Shown in pieces: positions 32,869 to 44,707 of a stretch of 64,000 nucleotides of DNA; the first letter of the stretch is position 1, and every line of letters begins with the position of its first letter. The position numbers and the translations under genes are program-made. The notes beneath the pieces are model-generated. The model ran no database searches. It saw nothing but the letters and a program-made list of their open reading frames with translations, and was not told where the DNA came from. Source of the stretch: Nitrosopumilaceae archaeon (GTDB lineage Archaea > Thermoproteota > Nitrososphaeria > Nitrososphaerales > Nitrosopumilaceae); the NCBI GenBank assembly GCA_965209085.1, contig OZ242376.1, forward strand, positions 768,001 to 832,000, read 5' to 3'.

Positions 32869-33964
32869 ATTCGTTTAAAAATTCACCAATTCTGGTTTAA
32901 AATAATCAATGACATTACCCGGCAGTTTTCTCGTACGCAGATATTCCATAAACCTAACCCTCTTCTCTTCAAGTTGGGGATAATATTCCGAATGATCCAT
33001 ATCCCGCTTGGCGACAAGCCAGATCGTCTCCATGATGTTGTGTTGCGGTGATGCTCTTGGGAGGTATTCTATCCGAATCTTATCCTTGTTCTCTTTGATG
33101 TATTCTTCAAGCTTTATCGTTTTATGCTGCCGGGCTCTGTCTACGATTACCAGTATTCTGCCGTATTTTGCTGCTGCATCTTTTATGTATCTTAAAAACG
33201 TCAGACCATCAAACTTGTCGTATGATCTAAAAAATTTATCCCCTGAAACTGAAATCATTCCGTATGTTATGAATTTTCTGCGATCCCCCTTCCATGTATA
33301 GGTGGGGCGTTCATTCTCATTGCACCAGTATTTTTTAGTCAGTTTACCATCACTGCTCACTATGGTCTCATCCTGGACAAAGATCTTTGTCCCTCTTGCC
33401 ATTTCGTGGGCAATAATGCACATTATGCGCCTATACCATGCATAACGCTCATCGTATGATGCAGCATTAGCGTGTATTTTTTGCGGTACCTTTGATTTTA
33501 GTTTCCATTCCCGCATCAGTCTGCATATGTGCGTAATAGGATATGTTATTCATGTCATATTTTTAATGTAATCGCGGACCTGCTTTGGAAGCGTAATGGT
33601 TCCAATTTTTGTAAACTTTTTTTCCATCTGCATCATGATATTTTGTGAAATCTTTGGCGGTCGTCCGCATCGGGACCCTTCCTCCAGGCCTATGAGTCCG
33701 TATTTTTCGTATCGATCGTGCCATTTGTGTACAAACTGGTACGTTCGGAATACGAGATCCGCGGTTTCTTGTATGTCGTAGCCGCGTATTTGCACCAGAC
33801 ACATCGCATGCAGTCTTGTTTCTACGCGAGAATCTTTGCAGCCATTATAAGCCTGGAGGAGATCCTCATTGCTAACTTGCATGAATTGGTTCCGATGTCG
33901 TGATCAAAAAACGTTGCTACTGTGTAATGGTGGATTTTTAAACGAATTTATGCTTGCGGGTATA
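32852..33964 (-). mobile_element. Third IS630-family element (ORFs 33550-33882, 32875-33516)
   Basis: TIR TATACCC..CATAAATTCGTTTAAAAAT.CACCA at both ends; QDET..VDRARQH..SPQHNIME. Confidence 0.88.
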
Positions 33965-34049
33965 GATCATAGATCTTTCTATTTGTAAAAATTGCTTTTT
34001 TGGTTAATTATGCATAAGGTCTATTGTCAACCACTATGAGATGAGCCTG

Positions 34050-34514
34050 CTAGGAGAGCCATGGGTGCAAAATAAACCAAATGTAAGTGAGGCCAATTAC
34101 AGTTATTCCCACCCTCTTAAATGTTTTACCTGCGATAATCATACTTACTAATTCTTTTGGGTTACGTTTTCTGTATTTTTTTATCGCGTGCATTTGAATT
34201 GCAAATGCTATCGGCATCCAAAATATTAAGTTTGTAGTTAATAAAAAAACAAATGATTCCACGTCACCAGCAAAATACAATTGATAATCTATGAATCTAA
34301 AAGTCATCGCTATATCAAACCAAATACCTAAAATAAATGCCGGATTTAATAATATAATAAAATGGGTTAAAAAATGATGTTCATGTGATAACGGATCATA
34401 TAGTATTATCATATTTATGATATTTGTACCGTAAGCATATCCCCACAAAATAACATATATCAACCATTTATGGCGTATGCAAATAAAATAAAGAAATGAC
34501 GACATTATATCCAA
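34050..34514 (-). CDS. Multi-pass membrane hypothetical protein
   Basis: About four hydrophobic segments. Confidence 0.45.
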   Translation of the reverse strand: MDIMSSFLYFICIRHKWLIYVILWGYAYGTNIINMIILYDPLSHEHHFLTHFIILLNPAFILGIWFDIAMTFRFIDYQLYFAGDVESFVFLLTTNLIFWMPIAFAIQMHAIKKYRKRNPKELVSMIIAGKTFKRVGITVIGLTYIWFILHPWLS

Positions 34515-34555
34515 TAATAAATTTTATATATATTAAAACTTTGTATTCAGTGATA

Positions 34556-34854
34556 TAGTATAAGAATTTATAATTTACATTTTATCACAAACACACCGAA
34601 TACAATCTCCATAGTAACAATTACCCCACATTATTGTTTCTAAAAAATTAGATAATCGTGCAGTTTGACAAGTTTCATCTGATTAGACAATATGACCCGG
34701 TCAATTTTCTTTTTCAGGTGTCTGATCGATTCAAAATGCCCATTTGATATGCATTTTCGTAAAACACGCCACTGGATTTCTATTGGGTTCAGCTCTGGCG
34801 TATACGGTGGAAGATAAATTAAACTGATTCGTCCTTTTCTAGATTTGATGTATT
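34556..34854 (-). mobile_element. IS630 right-end fragment (same element as 14913)
   Basis: Matches 14913-15211. Confidence 0.9.
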
Positions 34855-34874
34855 AGGCCTTATGCATAATCATA

Positions 34875-36307
34875 GGTCATATCACAACCTGCCTAATTCT
34901 GACATTTTGACTAAAACGATATTAAAATATCCAAGTTGGCGACAATTTTGATTCCATAGATTTAGATCATCCCACAAAGTGGACGAATTATGAGAAACAC
35001 CCACGGAGATGATCCACTATGAGTAGAAAGCACTGTGTAATAAAAATATCGAATGCAGAAACCAAAGAGGCGGATAAAAAAAGAATTGCCGAGAAAAACC
35101 TGAAAAGCCGTGCTGCATCCATGCTGTTTGGCCATCTGAGCCAGTTTGCAGTCCCAAAAGAATACAAAAAAGAACTCAAATGCATGAACAAATGTAAGAA
35201 CGGCAGACGTTACATGTATCCGGACAAGCTTTTTTGGGTATTATCGGTAATCCAAGCGTGCACAAGTTACTCAAGCTGCACTATTGAAGGGATGGTTAGA
35301 AAAGTAATGGATGATGCATCTCCATCTAGCAGTACGATATACAAACGCATACAGAGATTGGACATTTCTGATAACGGATTGGAAAAGATGGCCCGCATGT
35401 GTGGTCTCTTTAAAAACACTTGATCCGACAAGGCGCATGAACGGACAGCCTACGATGCTCATCTCTATTGATTCAAGCGGACTGAAACTATCAAAACTTG
35501 GATCATGGATAAAAGAAAAATGGGGCATATCAAGTCCGTTTCTAAAACTGCATCTTGTCATAAACGTAGAAACGCTTGAAATACTCGATTTTAAGATAAC
35601 AAAAAGCAACAAGGGGGATGCATCACAGTTCCCACAGATGATAAGAAAGGCACGCAAAAAGATCAGATGGCAGCTTGCGCACATGATATCTGAGATGGAT
35701 TCAACTGAAGAGACTGCCAAATACAAAAACACAATGATGAAAATTCTTGGCGATGGGGCATACGGTACAAAAGAAAATTACAACGTGTGTGACAAACTTT
35801 GCATGTCTGGTCTGTTAAAGGTGCGTATCAATTCAGCACTGTCAGGCGGCAGTCATGAACGCAATACGGCGGTGCAAGATCAGCTTGGAGGAGATGCAAG
35901 CAAGCGTACAATGGATGATGTTTCAATACAAAAACGAAAGGAAAATCTGAAAAAATGGAAAAAAGATATAGAGTATGGAAAAAGATGGCACTCTGAAATT
36001 GTTTTTGTAATATTCAAAGAAAGGTTTGGAGAACATGTACGATCAAGATATATGAAAAACATAAAGCAAGAAATTGGCATGAAAATCCTAGTGTACAATT
36101 TGTTAATATGTGCCGTACACTGACACAAACTGCAATAAGCCTAGCGGACGCTGTATGCAGATGTGTGAATTTTGGAAGATTTTTGTGTAAAATTACGGTT
36201 TGATAACAAATGGGTCCGGATATCGATGACAGGTGTGTGTTTTTGGAAGATTTACTGTCATTTTTGATGGAATTTCCAATAGAATTTTCAATAGTTGTGA
36301 CATGACC
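34875..36307 (+). mobile_element. IS5-family element copy 3, frameshifted transposase
   Basis: Same TIRs, TA flanks; 2-bp deletion near 35408. Confidence 0.9.
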
Positions 36308-36331
36308 TACCATTATGCATACGCTCTAATA

Positions 36332-37497
36332 TGTAATATTCAGATTGAATTTTGGGATATCCTAAAAGTAGTATACCCCTTACTTTGCATCATATTCCTC
36401 CCCTGCCTGCTCGTCAATAATCCTTTCGCCCGGTTCTGGCATCTTTCTTGCAAATGCCTGTACTGGCGTCTCTCTGTTTTCTGTATCCAATGACATGTGT
36501 ACTCTGTCCATGTGGTACCATCGCATGAACAAATCTATAGGATTGTTGACTCGCTGCATAATGCTCTCAAACTGGGGCAGTTTGTGCTGTATCTCACCAT
36601 GCAGACGCTCAAGCTTGCCATTGGTCTGGGGATGATTCACGCGTGCCAAAATATGTTTTATGCTAAGATCTACAAGTTTCTTCTCAAATTTGGACGGACC
36701 TTTCTTTTTCATCTCTGATACATTGGCGTAAAACTGTGCATCATGGTCAGTCATCACTGATGCAGGTTTGCCGTGCTCTTGTATTGCCTTTTCTAAAACA
36801 GTATGGCATTATCAACAGTTGCATGCTCAAATGTACAATATCTTGTAACAAAACGTGAGGCATCATCAAGATAGCACAGAAACCATCTGCCATCATCTAG
36901 CAGTTTATAGTCAGTATGCCCACATGGAATTGGAATATCTGCGCTCATATCGAACCCATTTGCGCTGTTTACTCTTTTTTGGATACTTTGAGGCCAGATC
37001 CTCGTCTATCAATATGCGGTGTATTGTATTGTGAGTGATATGCATGCCTGTATTTGATTCGATGTCTTTTTCCAGATCAGTTGCCCCGTTGTGTTGTCTG
37101 CCGTGTGCACAGTACTGCAGAGTGTTCTGTGCGTCCTGTAAGGCTGTTACACGGTCTTCCCATTTGGACCCGATATGATATTTTGCCCTAGTATGCCTGT
37201 GTTTGGCCCAAAGCTTTTTGATCCATACTGCAGATACTTGCATTGTATCAGCCATCCTACTAGTAGCAACTCTCTTGTGTTTTTGCGATATTATCCAGTT
37301 TACCTTGGCCTCATCAAGCTTTTTCATTATGCATATACGCCGTCTGCCAATTGCCTCCACGACTTGAAATGTTTAGCCACGCACACCATTGTTTCCTGCG
37401 AGTAAGACAGATACTGTGTTTTTGAGTATCTTGATACCCTGGGTCTAGGGGCATACTACTTTTAGGATAATAGATCCAAATATCGCAATCATTACCA
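36332..37497 (-). mobile_element. Degraded IS481-family element
   Basis: TGTAAT..ATCCTAAAAGTAGTATACCCCT long TIR at both ends; RYERRYSNSMW..MTDH..HPQTNGKLER. Confidence 0.82.
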
Positions 37498-37533
37498 ATA
37501 TCCAAGATTTAGATCACCTATGATGGTTTTCAT

Positions 37534-37820
37534 GAGTTCTGCCCATCTAAAACTAGATCGCTATTTCAAAAAAACCCTGATCGCAAATATCCCAAATAAT
37601 GCCTCAACATATTGCATCAACCCCCGAATTTACACACTATTTTGTATATAAAGCAAAAACCCCCGACATTACACACTATAGACCAACCCCCGCCTGTTAC
37701 ACAGAACCTTTGACCGGGTTCTGTTCAGAATTCGGGGGGTTTGGGTTGGCGTTCAGTTTCGGGGGGTTTTTTGCTTATATGTAAAATGGTGTTCAATTTC
37801 GGGGGGTTTTGCGATCAGAA
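37534..37820. repeat. Second head-to-head GGTTCTGT end pair around TTTGACCG
   Basis: ..TACACAGAACC (37708) TTTGACCG GGTTCTGTTCAG (37717); same iterated arms as 13903-14250. Confidence 0.9.
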
Positions 37821-37869
37821 TACGACATATTACGAATATCGGAATAAATTCTGTTCAAACCACTACCAG

Positions 37870-38059
37870 GTAAAGGATACCGGATTTATGTTATGTTTGC
37901 GGCACAGTTCTGCAGGAGTGATGTGCATGTTTATTGACTCCATGACGATACGCACCTTTTCGTCTGGAGCATGATGTGGTCTTTTCATTGATGGATACCT
38001 CCAAGACTGGGTAAAATTTGTTTCACTTTGGGCGTTCTCATTTTATGGGGTCCACTCCA
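37870..38059 (-). mobile_element. IS3-family left-end fragment
   Basis: Same arrangement as 3100-3294. Confidence 0.85.
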
Positions 38060-38355
38060 TTCATCGTATGACAGTTGTTGCATTGTTTTTAGGGCAATAT
38101 ACACAGTCATTCCCAGGGAGTCAAAGCCGTGTTGTCCTAATGGATTCTGTTTCCATGGCTTTACCCCTTGATTTTTTGCTTTCATTATAATCGAGGTTAA
38201 CATTTGGTGTGATCTGGCAAGATTTCCTCGTCGTTTGTGCTTTGTTGATTTCATTACATTGGCTCTGATCTACTGATCTAAAGCTTTTTCGGTCATTCAC
38301 GTTCATGATCTAAAAGCTTTATGGTATGTTTTTGATTTTATTCATGGACAGAGCC
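38060..38355 (-). mobile_element. Possible truncated IS left end with 5' transposase remnant
   Basis: GGCTCTGTCCATGAAT terminus (similar string at 39842-39856); basic ORF from 38254 cut by IS3 end. Confidence 0.4.
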
Positions 38356-38402
38356 CCATCCCCAATATGCATTTTTATATAACATGTAACATATATTAAT
38401 AG

Positions 38403-39824
38403 TTGATCAATATCTCATCAAAACTATTGGCAGTGATATTGATCAGTGTCGTGGCATCAATAATACTCACTATTACACTACCAATAATGGCAGAGATAAA
38501 CCAATCTCCACATGATCAATTAAACGATGTTTTACTAGACATTGAACACACATTCAATTTTACATCCGACGAATACAATGATGTGCAAACATCTGATGTA
38601 ATACCAGATTTGGGATCACGTGAACAGGATATAGATCCAATTGATGTTTACAATGGTTCGTTCCCATGGGATGCAAACAACGAATTTGCACTAAAAATGT
38701 ACAAAAATATAGTTGCGAAAAATCCTGACAAAAATATCTTTTTCTCCCCTACAAGCATAATGATCGCCATGGCAATGGCCTATGAAGGAGCAGGCGGCAA
38801 CACCGCACGGGAAATGTCCGATATTCTGCACATATTACCAGACGATGATGCTCGCAGAAACAATATCTTGTCTGCAATCAAGAGTGTTAATAAACAGAGT
38901 TCAAGGAATGGTATGCCCAGTGAGGTAACTAACGTTGTAAATTCACTGTGGATAAAAGACGGGTTTACCGTACATGATGAATATGTAGATATTTTGAGTA
39001 AATACTATAACAGCACAGTGGGTACGTTTCATACAGGACAATCCGGCTATGATAAAATCAACGATTGGGTTAGTGATACTACTAGAAAAAGCATACAAAA
39101 GGTTGTCACCCCACCTGATCTTTTTGGTGCAAAAACCGTACTTGTCAACACAGTATACTTTGATCATGATTGGCCATTTGTTATAGAACTGTATCATACA
39201 CAAAAAGCAGATTTTTGGATAACACCTAAAAAAAGCACAAATGTTTACATGATGCATTTTATCGATGATTTCCCTTATACGCATACAGACGGTATAAAGA
39301 TGATAAACCTGCGTTATTATGATCACAGATACTCTATGCTGCTTGTACTACCTGATGATCCAGAAAATATGAATTTTATAGAGAATAGCTTGTCCACGAG
39401 TAAATTATCTACATGGTTGAATAATGCCACATTTATTACGGTTAGAGTAAACATGCCAAAATTCATAATGGATACAAATTACGACATTAAACTAATTTTG
39501 CAAGATTTGGGAATAAATGATGCATTTGGAGGGCATGCTAATTTTTCCAAAATGTCCGAGCAATCCACACACATATCAAGCATAAAGCATTTTACATTTG
39601 TAGAAGTAGATGAGGTCGGAACAAAAGCTGCAGCAGCAACATATGTTACCTCTATAGTGGGAGGCGGTATGCAATCATCAGCGAAATTCAATGCAGACAG
39701 ACCATTCATATTTGTAATATGGGATCATGAAACTAAAAGTATACTCTTTATGGGCAAAATGGCAGATCCAACAGGTCTATCCTTATGCGGGCAAATTCAA
39801 AAAGAGTATGGTTTTTGCGAATAG
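38403..39824 (+). CDS. Secreted serpin (serine protease inhibitor)
   Basis: Signal peptide; NIFFSPTSI, INDWVSDTT, LVNTVYF, MPKF, hinge EVGTKAAAAT, FNADRPFIFVI..ILFMGK..DP. Confidence 0.95.
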   Translation: MINISSKLLAVILISVVASIILTITLPIMAEINQSPHDQLNDVLLDIEHTFNFTSDEYNDVQTSDVIPDLGSREQDIDPIDVYNGSFPWDANNEFALKMYKNIVAKNPDKNIFFSPTSIMIAMAMAYEGAGGNTAREMSDILHILPDDDARRNNILSAIKSVNKQSSRNGMPSEVTNVVNSLWIKDGFTVHDEYVDILSKYYNSTVGTFHTGQSGYDKINDWVSDTTRKSIQKVVTPPDLFGAKTVLVNTVYFDHDWPFVIELYHTQKADFWITPKKSTNVYMMHFIDDFPYTHTDGIKMINLRYYDHRYSMLLVLPDDPENMNFIENSLSTSKLSTWLNNATFITVRVNMPKFIMDTNYDIKLILQDLGINDAFGGHANFSKMSEQSTHISSIKHFTFVEVDEVGTKAAAATYVTSIVGGGMQSSAKFNADRPFIFVIWDHETKSILFMGKMADPTGLSLCGQIQKEYGFCE

Positions 39825-39915
39825 ATTTTATGCATAACCGTACTCCGTCCATGAATTAGTATTTTTTGTAAAAATCCAATTAAACCCATTCAAAATTATG
39901 TCATATATCGTAGAG

Positions 39916-41154
39916 TGGAGTGGACACCATAAAATGAGAACACTCCAAGTGTTACAAATTTTACCCCCTCTGGAGTGGATTTGCCAATGAAAAAACCACA
40001 TCGTGCTCCAGATGAAAAGGTGCGTATCATTATGGAGTCATTAAACACACGCATTACCCCCGCAGAGCTGTGCCGCAGACACAATATCAGTCTGATAACG
40101 TTCAATCGTTGGAGGGAGTCATTCATTGAATCTGGCAAAGCTACTCTTTCCGGAAAGCCTAGGGACAATGCAGTCAAGACGCTTACAAATGAAAATGAAT
40201 CCCTCAAAAAACTCATTGGAGATCTGACCATAGCCAATGATGTTTTAAAAAAAACGTTAGAGGAGAGCACAAAATGAAAGCCGTCGTACTCATGCAGGAA
40301 CAAGGTCTGAGCCTCCGCAAATCCGTATGTTATGCTGGAGCATCCAATAAGAGACTGTACGCTGTAAAAAAACCACGTGTTATCGGAATTGACAAAGAAA
40401 TTTCAAAGATGGTATAACAGATCTGTCAGAGCAGACCAACGTATGGAACACGAAGAATGGCAGCAGCCATATCTCGCATTACCAGCAGGCCAGTAAACTG
40501 CAAAAAAGTGAAAAAAATATACCATTATCTGGGCTGGAATGTGCTTGCAAAATCCAAAAAAGAGATCATTCGCTCAAGGAAGCGCCCAAAGCCCACAAGA
40601 CCGGATCAGCTCAGGCAAGCTGACATGACGTACATTTGATGCGGTCATGACCGATGGTGTTACCTATTCAACATCCTTTGCATTTACCCGTGAATGGATA
40701 TGATATGCGTTTGAGCCAAGAGCGGTCACAGACTGCCATTGCAGCATTAACTGAAGCTTTGGCATCCAAGAAACCTGATTGCTCAAATCCTACCCTAAGA
40801 ACAGATAACGGTTCCCAGTATGTTTCATTACAGTTTGACAAGCTGTAAAAGCATACGGTGTACGGCAGGAATTCATCCACTATCACACGCCAGAGCAAAA
40901 TGCTCATGCGGAATCCTTCCACAAGAGTCTCAAGAAAGAGTATGTCTGGCCGCGCGACTTTGAGACGTTCCAGGATGCCGAAGCTGCAATATCATACGCC
41001 TTTGAGGATTACAATCAGAACCGAGTACACTCTGCAATAGGATATGCGACGCCATCAGAATTTGGCACCGCACGGAGGGCAATGATAAAATGAGCCCTCT
41101 GATCCTATCATTTTTAATGCAAAAAACGTTCTCCTTCTACAGGGGTCCGCACCA
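39916..41154 (+). mobile_element. Degraded IS3-family copy (orfA intact, orfB broken)
   Basis: Both TIRs; orfA 39975-40277; stops in orfB. Confidence 0.9.
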
Positions 41155-41245
41155 TACGATGCAAAGTAAGAGTGGAACTACTTTTGCAATATCCCATTTA
41201 TAATCTCATACAGATTTATATATTAAAAATACAATACTAATTAGT

Positions 41246-42409
41246 ATGCCACATTCAACTACGTATGCAATAATACTGGTAACCCTTGCATTTGTGGCGA
41301 TATTTTTAATTATGTATTCTCAACCATCTAGTTCCATATTCAATACCGAAGATCATATCGATACAGACATTAAATCACATATCAACAAGTCAAACGGACT
41401 AGATATAATTGAAAATCTAGCACAAAAAAACGATCCCATCATTGCAAACAAGTCGATATCCGATAATACGTCTTTAAACAGCATGTACCCATATGATGCA
41501 AACCCAAGTCATAGCAGTTTTATGTTGCCTCATTGGGAAGGTGATTTTTTAATTACCATGCCGAGTTCTGTACTTGTTAATGAAACATTTGATCTTGAAT
41601 ATACTTGGACAAAACGCATAAATTCAATATCGGAACGATATCTTCCTCTATGTGACACTGCACGTGATGGTTATTTTTGTAGCATGTCATCGGATATGGA
41701 CAATATTGCAATCTTGGTATACACTAATCTAAAATTTGTCAATACATCAAAAATTTCCACTGATACAAAATGTTTCATAGCAATTACTGATAACATTGAC
41801 GCATTGTCGGAAAACAAATATGATAGATCAGGTAAATTTACATTGAAATTCACCGAAATCCCAAATCCAAACCGTCATCCTATGTCAATAGCGTTAACAT
41901 CTGTGTATCACACATGGTTATTAATTAATGCGACAGATAACGGAAATGACATAATTAATTTAACCGTGTTTGGCTCAAATAATTACTCTAATCTAGAATC
42001 TGATTTCTGCAGTATCACTGACCATCTACAAGGAAGTAACTCTCCTAATGCAAACCAAACTGTACCTGAAATATCTACCATCGATCTCAAACCAGATTGT
42101 ATCGATAACAGATTATGGTCTGGCATATCTGAAAAAGATCGAAACAACATTTTAAACAATTCCACAACTTGCCAAATAATAAATGGTGAACAAATTACCA
42201 ATTTGCCTCCAATAGGTTATCAATTAATGCCCAAAGTTGCCTTTGAGGAACTAGAACTATTTATTTGTCATAATTATGGTACTGATCTTGAAGCTATGAT
42301 TCTTGATGGAGGTTTTACCGATCCTGTATGGATTGAAGACTTTACATCGAATTTTGACAATCTGACTGAACAATCTTGCAAAACAATGCTAGAGGATTAC
42401 TATGAATAG
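41246..42409 (+). CDS. Membrane-anchored/secreted hypothetical protein
   Basis: N-terminal TM; Cys pairs; resembles N-terminal module of giant protein. Confidence 0.7.
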   Translation: MPHSTTYAIILVTLAFVAIFLIMYSQPSSSIFNTEDHIDTDIKSHINKSNGLDIIENLAQKNDPIIANKSISDNTSLNSMYPYDANPSHSSFMLPHWEGDFLITMPSSVLVNETFDLEYTWTKRINSISERYLPLCDTARDGYFCSMSSDMDNIAILVYTNLKFVNTSKISTDTKCFIAITDNIDALSENKYDRSGKFTLKFTEIPNPNRHPMSIALTSVYHTWLLINATDNGNDIINLTVFGSNNYSNLESDFCSITDHLQGSNSPNANQTVPEISTIDLKPDCIDNRLWSGISEKDRNNILNNSTTCQIINGEQITNLPPIGYQLMPKVAFEELELFICHNYGTDLEAMILDGGFTDPVWIEDFTSNFDNLTEQSCKTMLEDYYE

Positions 42410-42505
42410 ATATGGAGATTATACGATTACCTAAATACAATATGCTAAAAATATCACCAACTGATATGCTACGATCAATAACCATGTGTATAATAATGAT
42501 GATTG

Positions 42506-44005
42506 GTAACTGTCTAGAGTTTTGAAGTTAAATTGGATAGATATTCTTCCAAATAATCATGAAAGTTCAGATTCCTCAACCTGCACGTCTCCTTTATGCT
42601 CATCAATATCTTGTGAGCTTTGGCACCATCCTCTGAGCGATGACCATTTGTAATTTTACGTATTACGACATTTGGTCGAATCCCCCTCTCGGCGGTATTG
42701 TTGTGCCAGTCAGTACCCGTTTTTAGAAACGTAAAGAGCATATCTTTTTCTCGCCTGATTCTTTTTACAAATCTGATACAGTTTTTCTCCTTGTACGGCT
42801 TTGAGATCAGTCTGTCAATTCTTACCTCTAGATTTTTCTTGATTTTAAGCCTCTTGATCTTGCTTTGTATCTTTGCAGCATCCTGTGAGTCGTAGAGTAT
42901 TTTTTGCAGACGTTTTGCAAATGGTTCAAACTCTTTGCCGGGGTTTTTATGATCTATTGTACCCAAGATCTCTCTTTTATAGTGAACATGGCAACGCTGA
43001 TGTGTTTTACCAGCATAATTCCATGCTGGCCATGAATCGCTTGTAACGTTTCCCTTGTATTCTTTTAATATTTTTTTTGGTACCTCGCGTCCACGTGATT
43101 TGTCAATTTCATATATGATGGTCCATTTTCCAACAAACACCCACAACCAGTGGTTGATGCCATCAATCCGCCAGCTGGTCTCATCTCCGTGTATGTTTAA
43201 TTCTTGGTTTAATTCCTTTATCATCTGCTCGTACAGCGAACCAAACGCTGTCGCCATTTTTGTTATCGCATGATTTATGGTGGAAGGTGTCACGTGTATC
43301 GAATACATTGTATTTACCAGTCGTGATATTTTTACATATGAAATTCCCAATAATTTGAGTGAGACGATAAACACTCCCAATCTGATCCCAAACCTACTGT
43401 TTGGAAGTGCGGTGTATATTTTTGGTGTGATTGTCTTTTTACAGTGTTTGCAATATCTTCGATATATCGTATATTCTGTATTGTACGTCTTTGCTGGAAT
43501 AATATCCTCCACCGTACGGGTGTATTTGTCGATGATTTTTGAGAGCTTGTTTCCACATCCACTGCACATCTTTTGATCCACATTTGTTTTATTGTCGATT
43601 CTGATGGGTTTTTTTCTGCTGGTTCTTGTATGATCAGAGTATTTTCTTTCTGTAAGAGTTTTGGAAATGTTGGGTTTTGCATGGATATTCTTTGCGACAA
43701 GTTCTTTTACTGCAAATTTTAGATCATCTATTTCTTTTTGTTGATCTGCAGATTTTTTTTCAAGCATGGAACATTTTTCCTCAGATGCAGAATATTTGCT
43801 TTTCAGATCTGTAATCTCGCTTTTCTGTCGTTTATTGATACGTTGTAACTGCGCAATTTCTTGCGATACATAATGTGACCTTTGGTTGTGGTCATTTTGG
43901 TCACGTTCTGACAACAATTCGTTATGTTTGTGCCCGATCCATAAAGATCACGGTGGAAAATACTCGATCATATGATCAAATCGCTTCAAAACTCTAGACA
44001 GTTAC
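42506..44005 (-). mobile_element. IS66-family single-ORF (ISBst12-like) element; transposase 42514-43917
   Basis: TIR GTAACTGTCTAGAGTTTTGAAG both ends; coiled coil, Zn ribbon, HGDETSW..SDSW..QRCHVH..NNTAERGIR. Confidence 0.93.
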
Positions 44006-44185
44006 GATATTTTGTATATTTCCTTTATATATCATTTTTTTATTGCGGGTCTCAAATCTTTTTTTCAATGTATCACATGCATCAGGATTGTTGTCATTTG
44101 CAAAAACTAATTTAAATCCGGCATTGACAAATCCCAGGGTATCTCCCCCACCCCCAGCAAATAAAGTTGATACTGTCGGTTTCAT
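44006..44185 (-). pseudogene. C5-cytosine DNA methyltransferase N-terminus truncated by IS66
   Basis: STLFAGGGG..GFVNAGF..FAND..A..T motifs I-II; G-N-I motif III then IS. Confidence 0.85.
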
Positions 44186-44515
44186 TTTATTTTATAGTTA
44201 TATCTTTAGTTTAAAAATAATTCGTTTTATTACTTTAACAGGTCTTATAGTACTTTTGGCATGTCTGCGAATGAGTGTTTTTGTAAAAATCCGATCAAAT
44301 CCATTCAAAATTGTGCAATACACCGGTAAATCTTAGGTCCAACATCAGTTAGGGCATACAGAAAAACTCCTTTGTATGTAAAACCCATATTTCCATGATC
44401 GTAGAAATTTCTGAATATTTCATCATAGTCTTTTGATCACATATTTCTCTAGAATTATGCCATATTACACATCATCAAATTAAATTTTGCAATAAATTCT
44501 GGTATGTGGTGAAAA

Positions 44516-44707
44516 TCATATATTTATTTGAGTTAAAATTGCCAACATTTCAAGAGCAATAATGCTTTTGTCCTTGATGCATTTTTTCAACATGCCCTTC
44601 CAGCCTGAAATTACTTTCCGCAGATTCCACCTCCACTCGTTATGAGATCTTTTTACAACTCTAGCTAAAAGATATGCTGCTAGAACAATCTCTGGTATGA
44701 ATTCCAT
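44516..44707 (-). CDS. Small hypothetical protein directly after NurA-like gene
   Basis: ATG abuts NurA stop; hydrophobic N-terminus. Confidence 0.35.
   Translation of the reverse strand: MEFIPEIVLAAYLLARVVKRSHNEWRWNLRKVISGWKGMLKKCIKDKSIIALEMLAILTQINI

Noticed and set aside
23913-38402. Promoter targeting by ordinary IS ends (34-53 bp from starts at 23912, 32416, 38403)
   Set aside because: Spacing to TATA is variable and is explained by selection to keep minimal promoters; it serves as the control for the 13-nt pattern.
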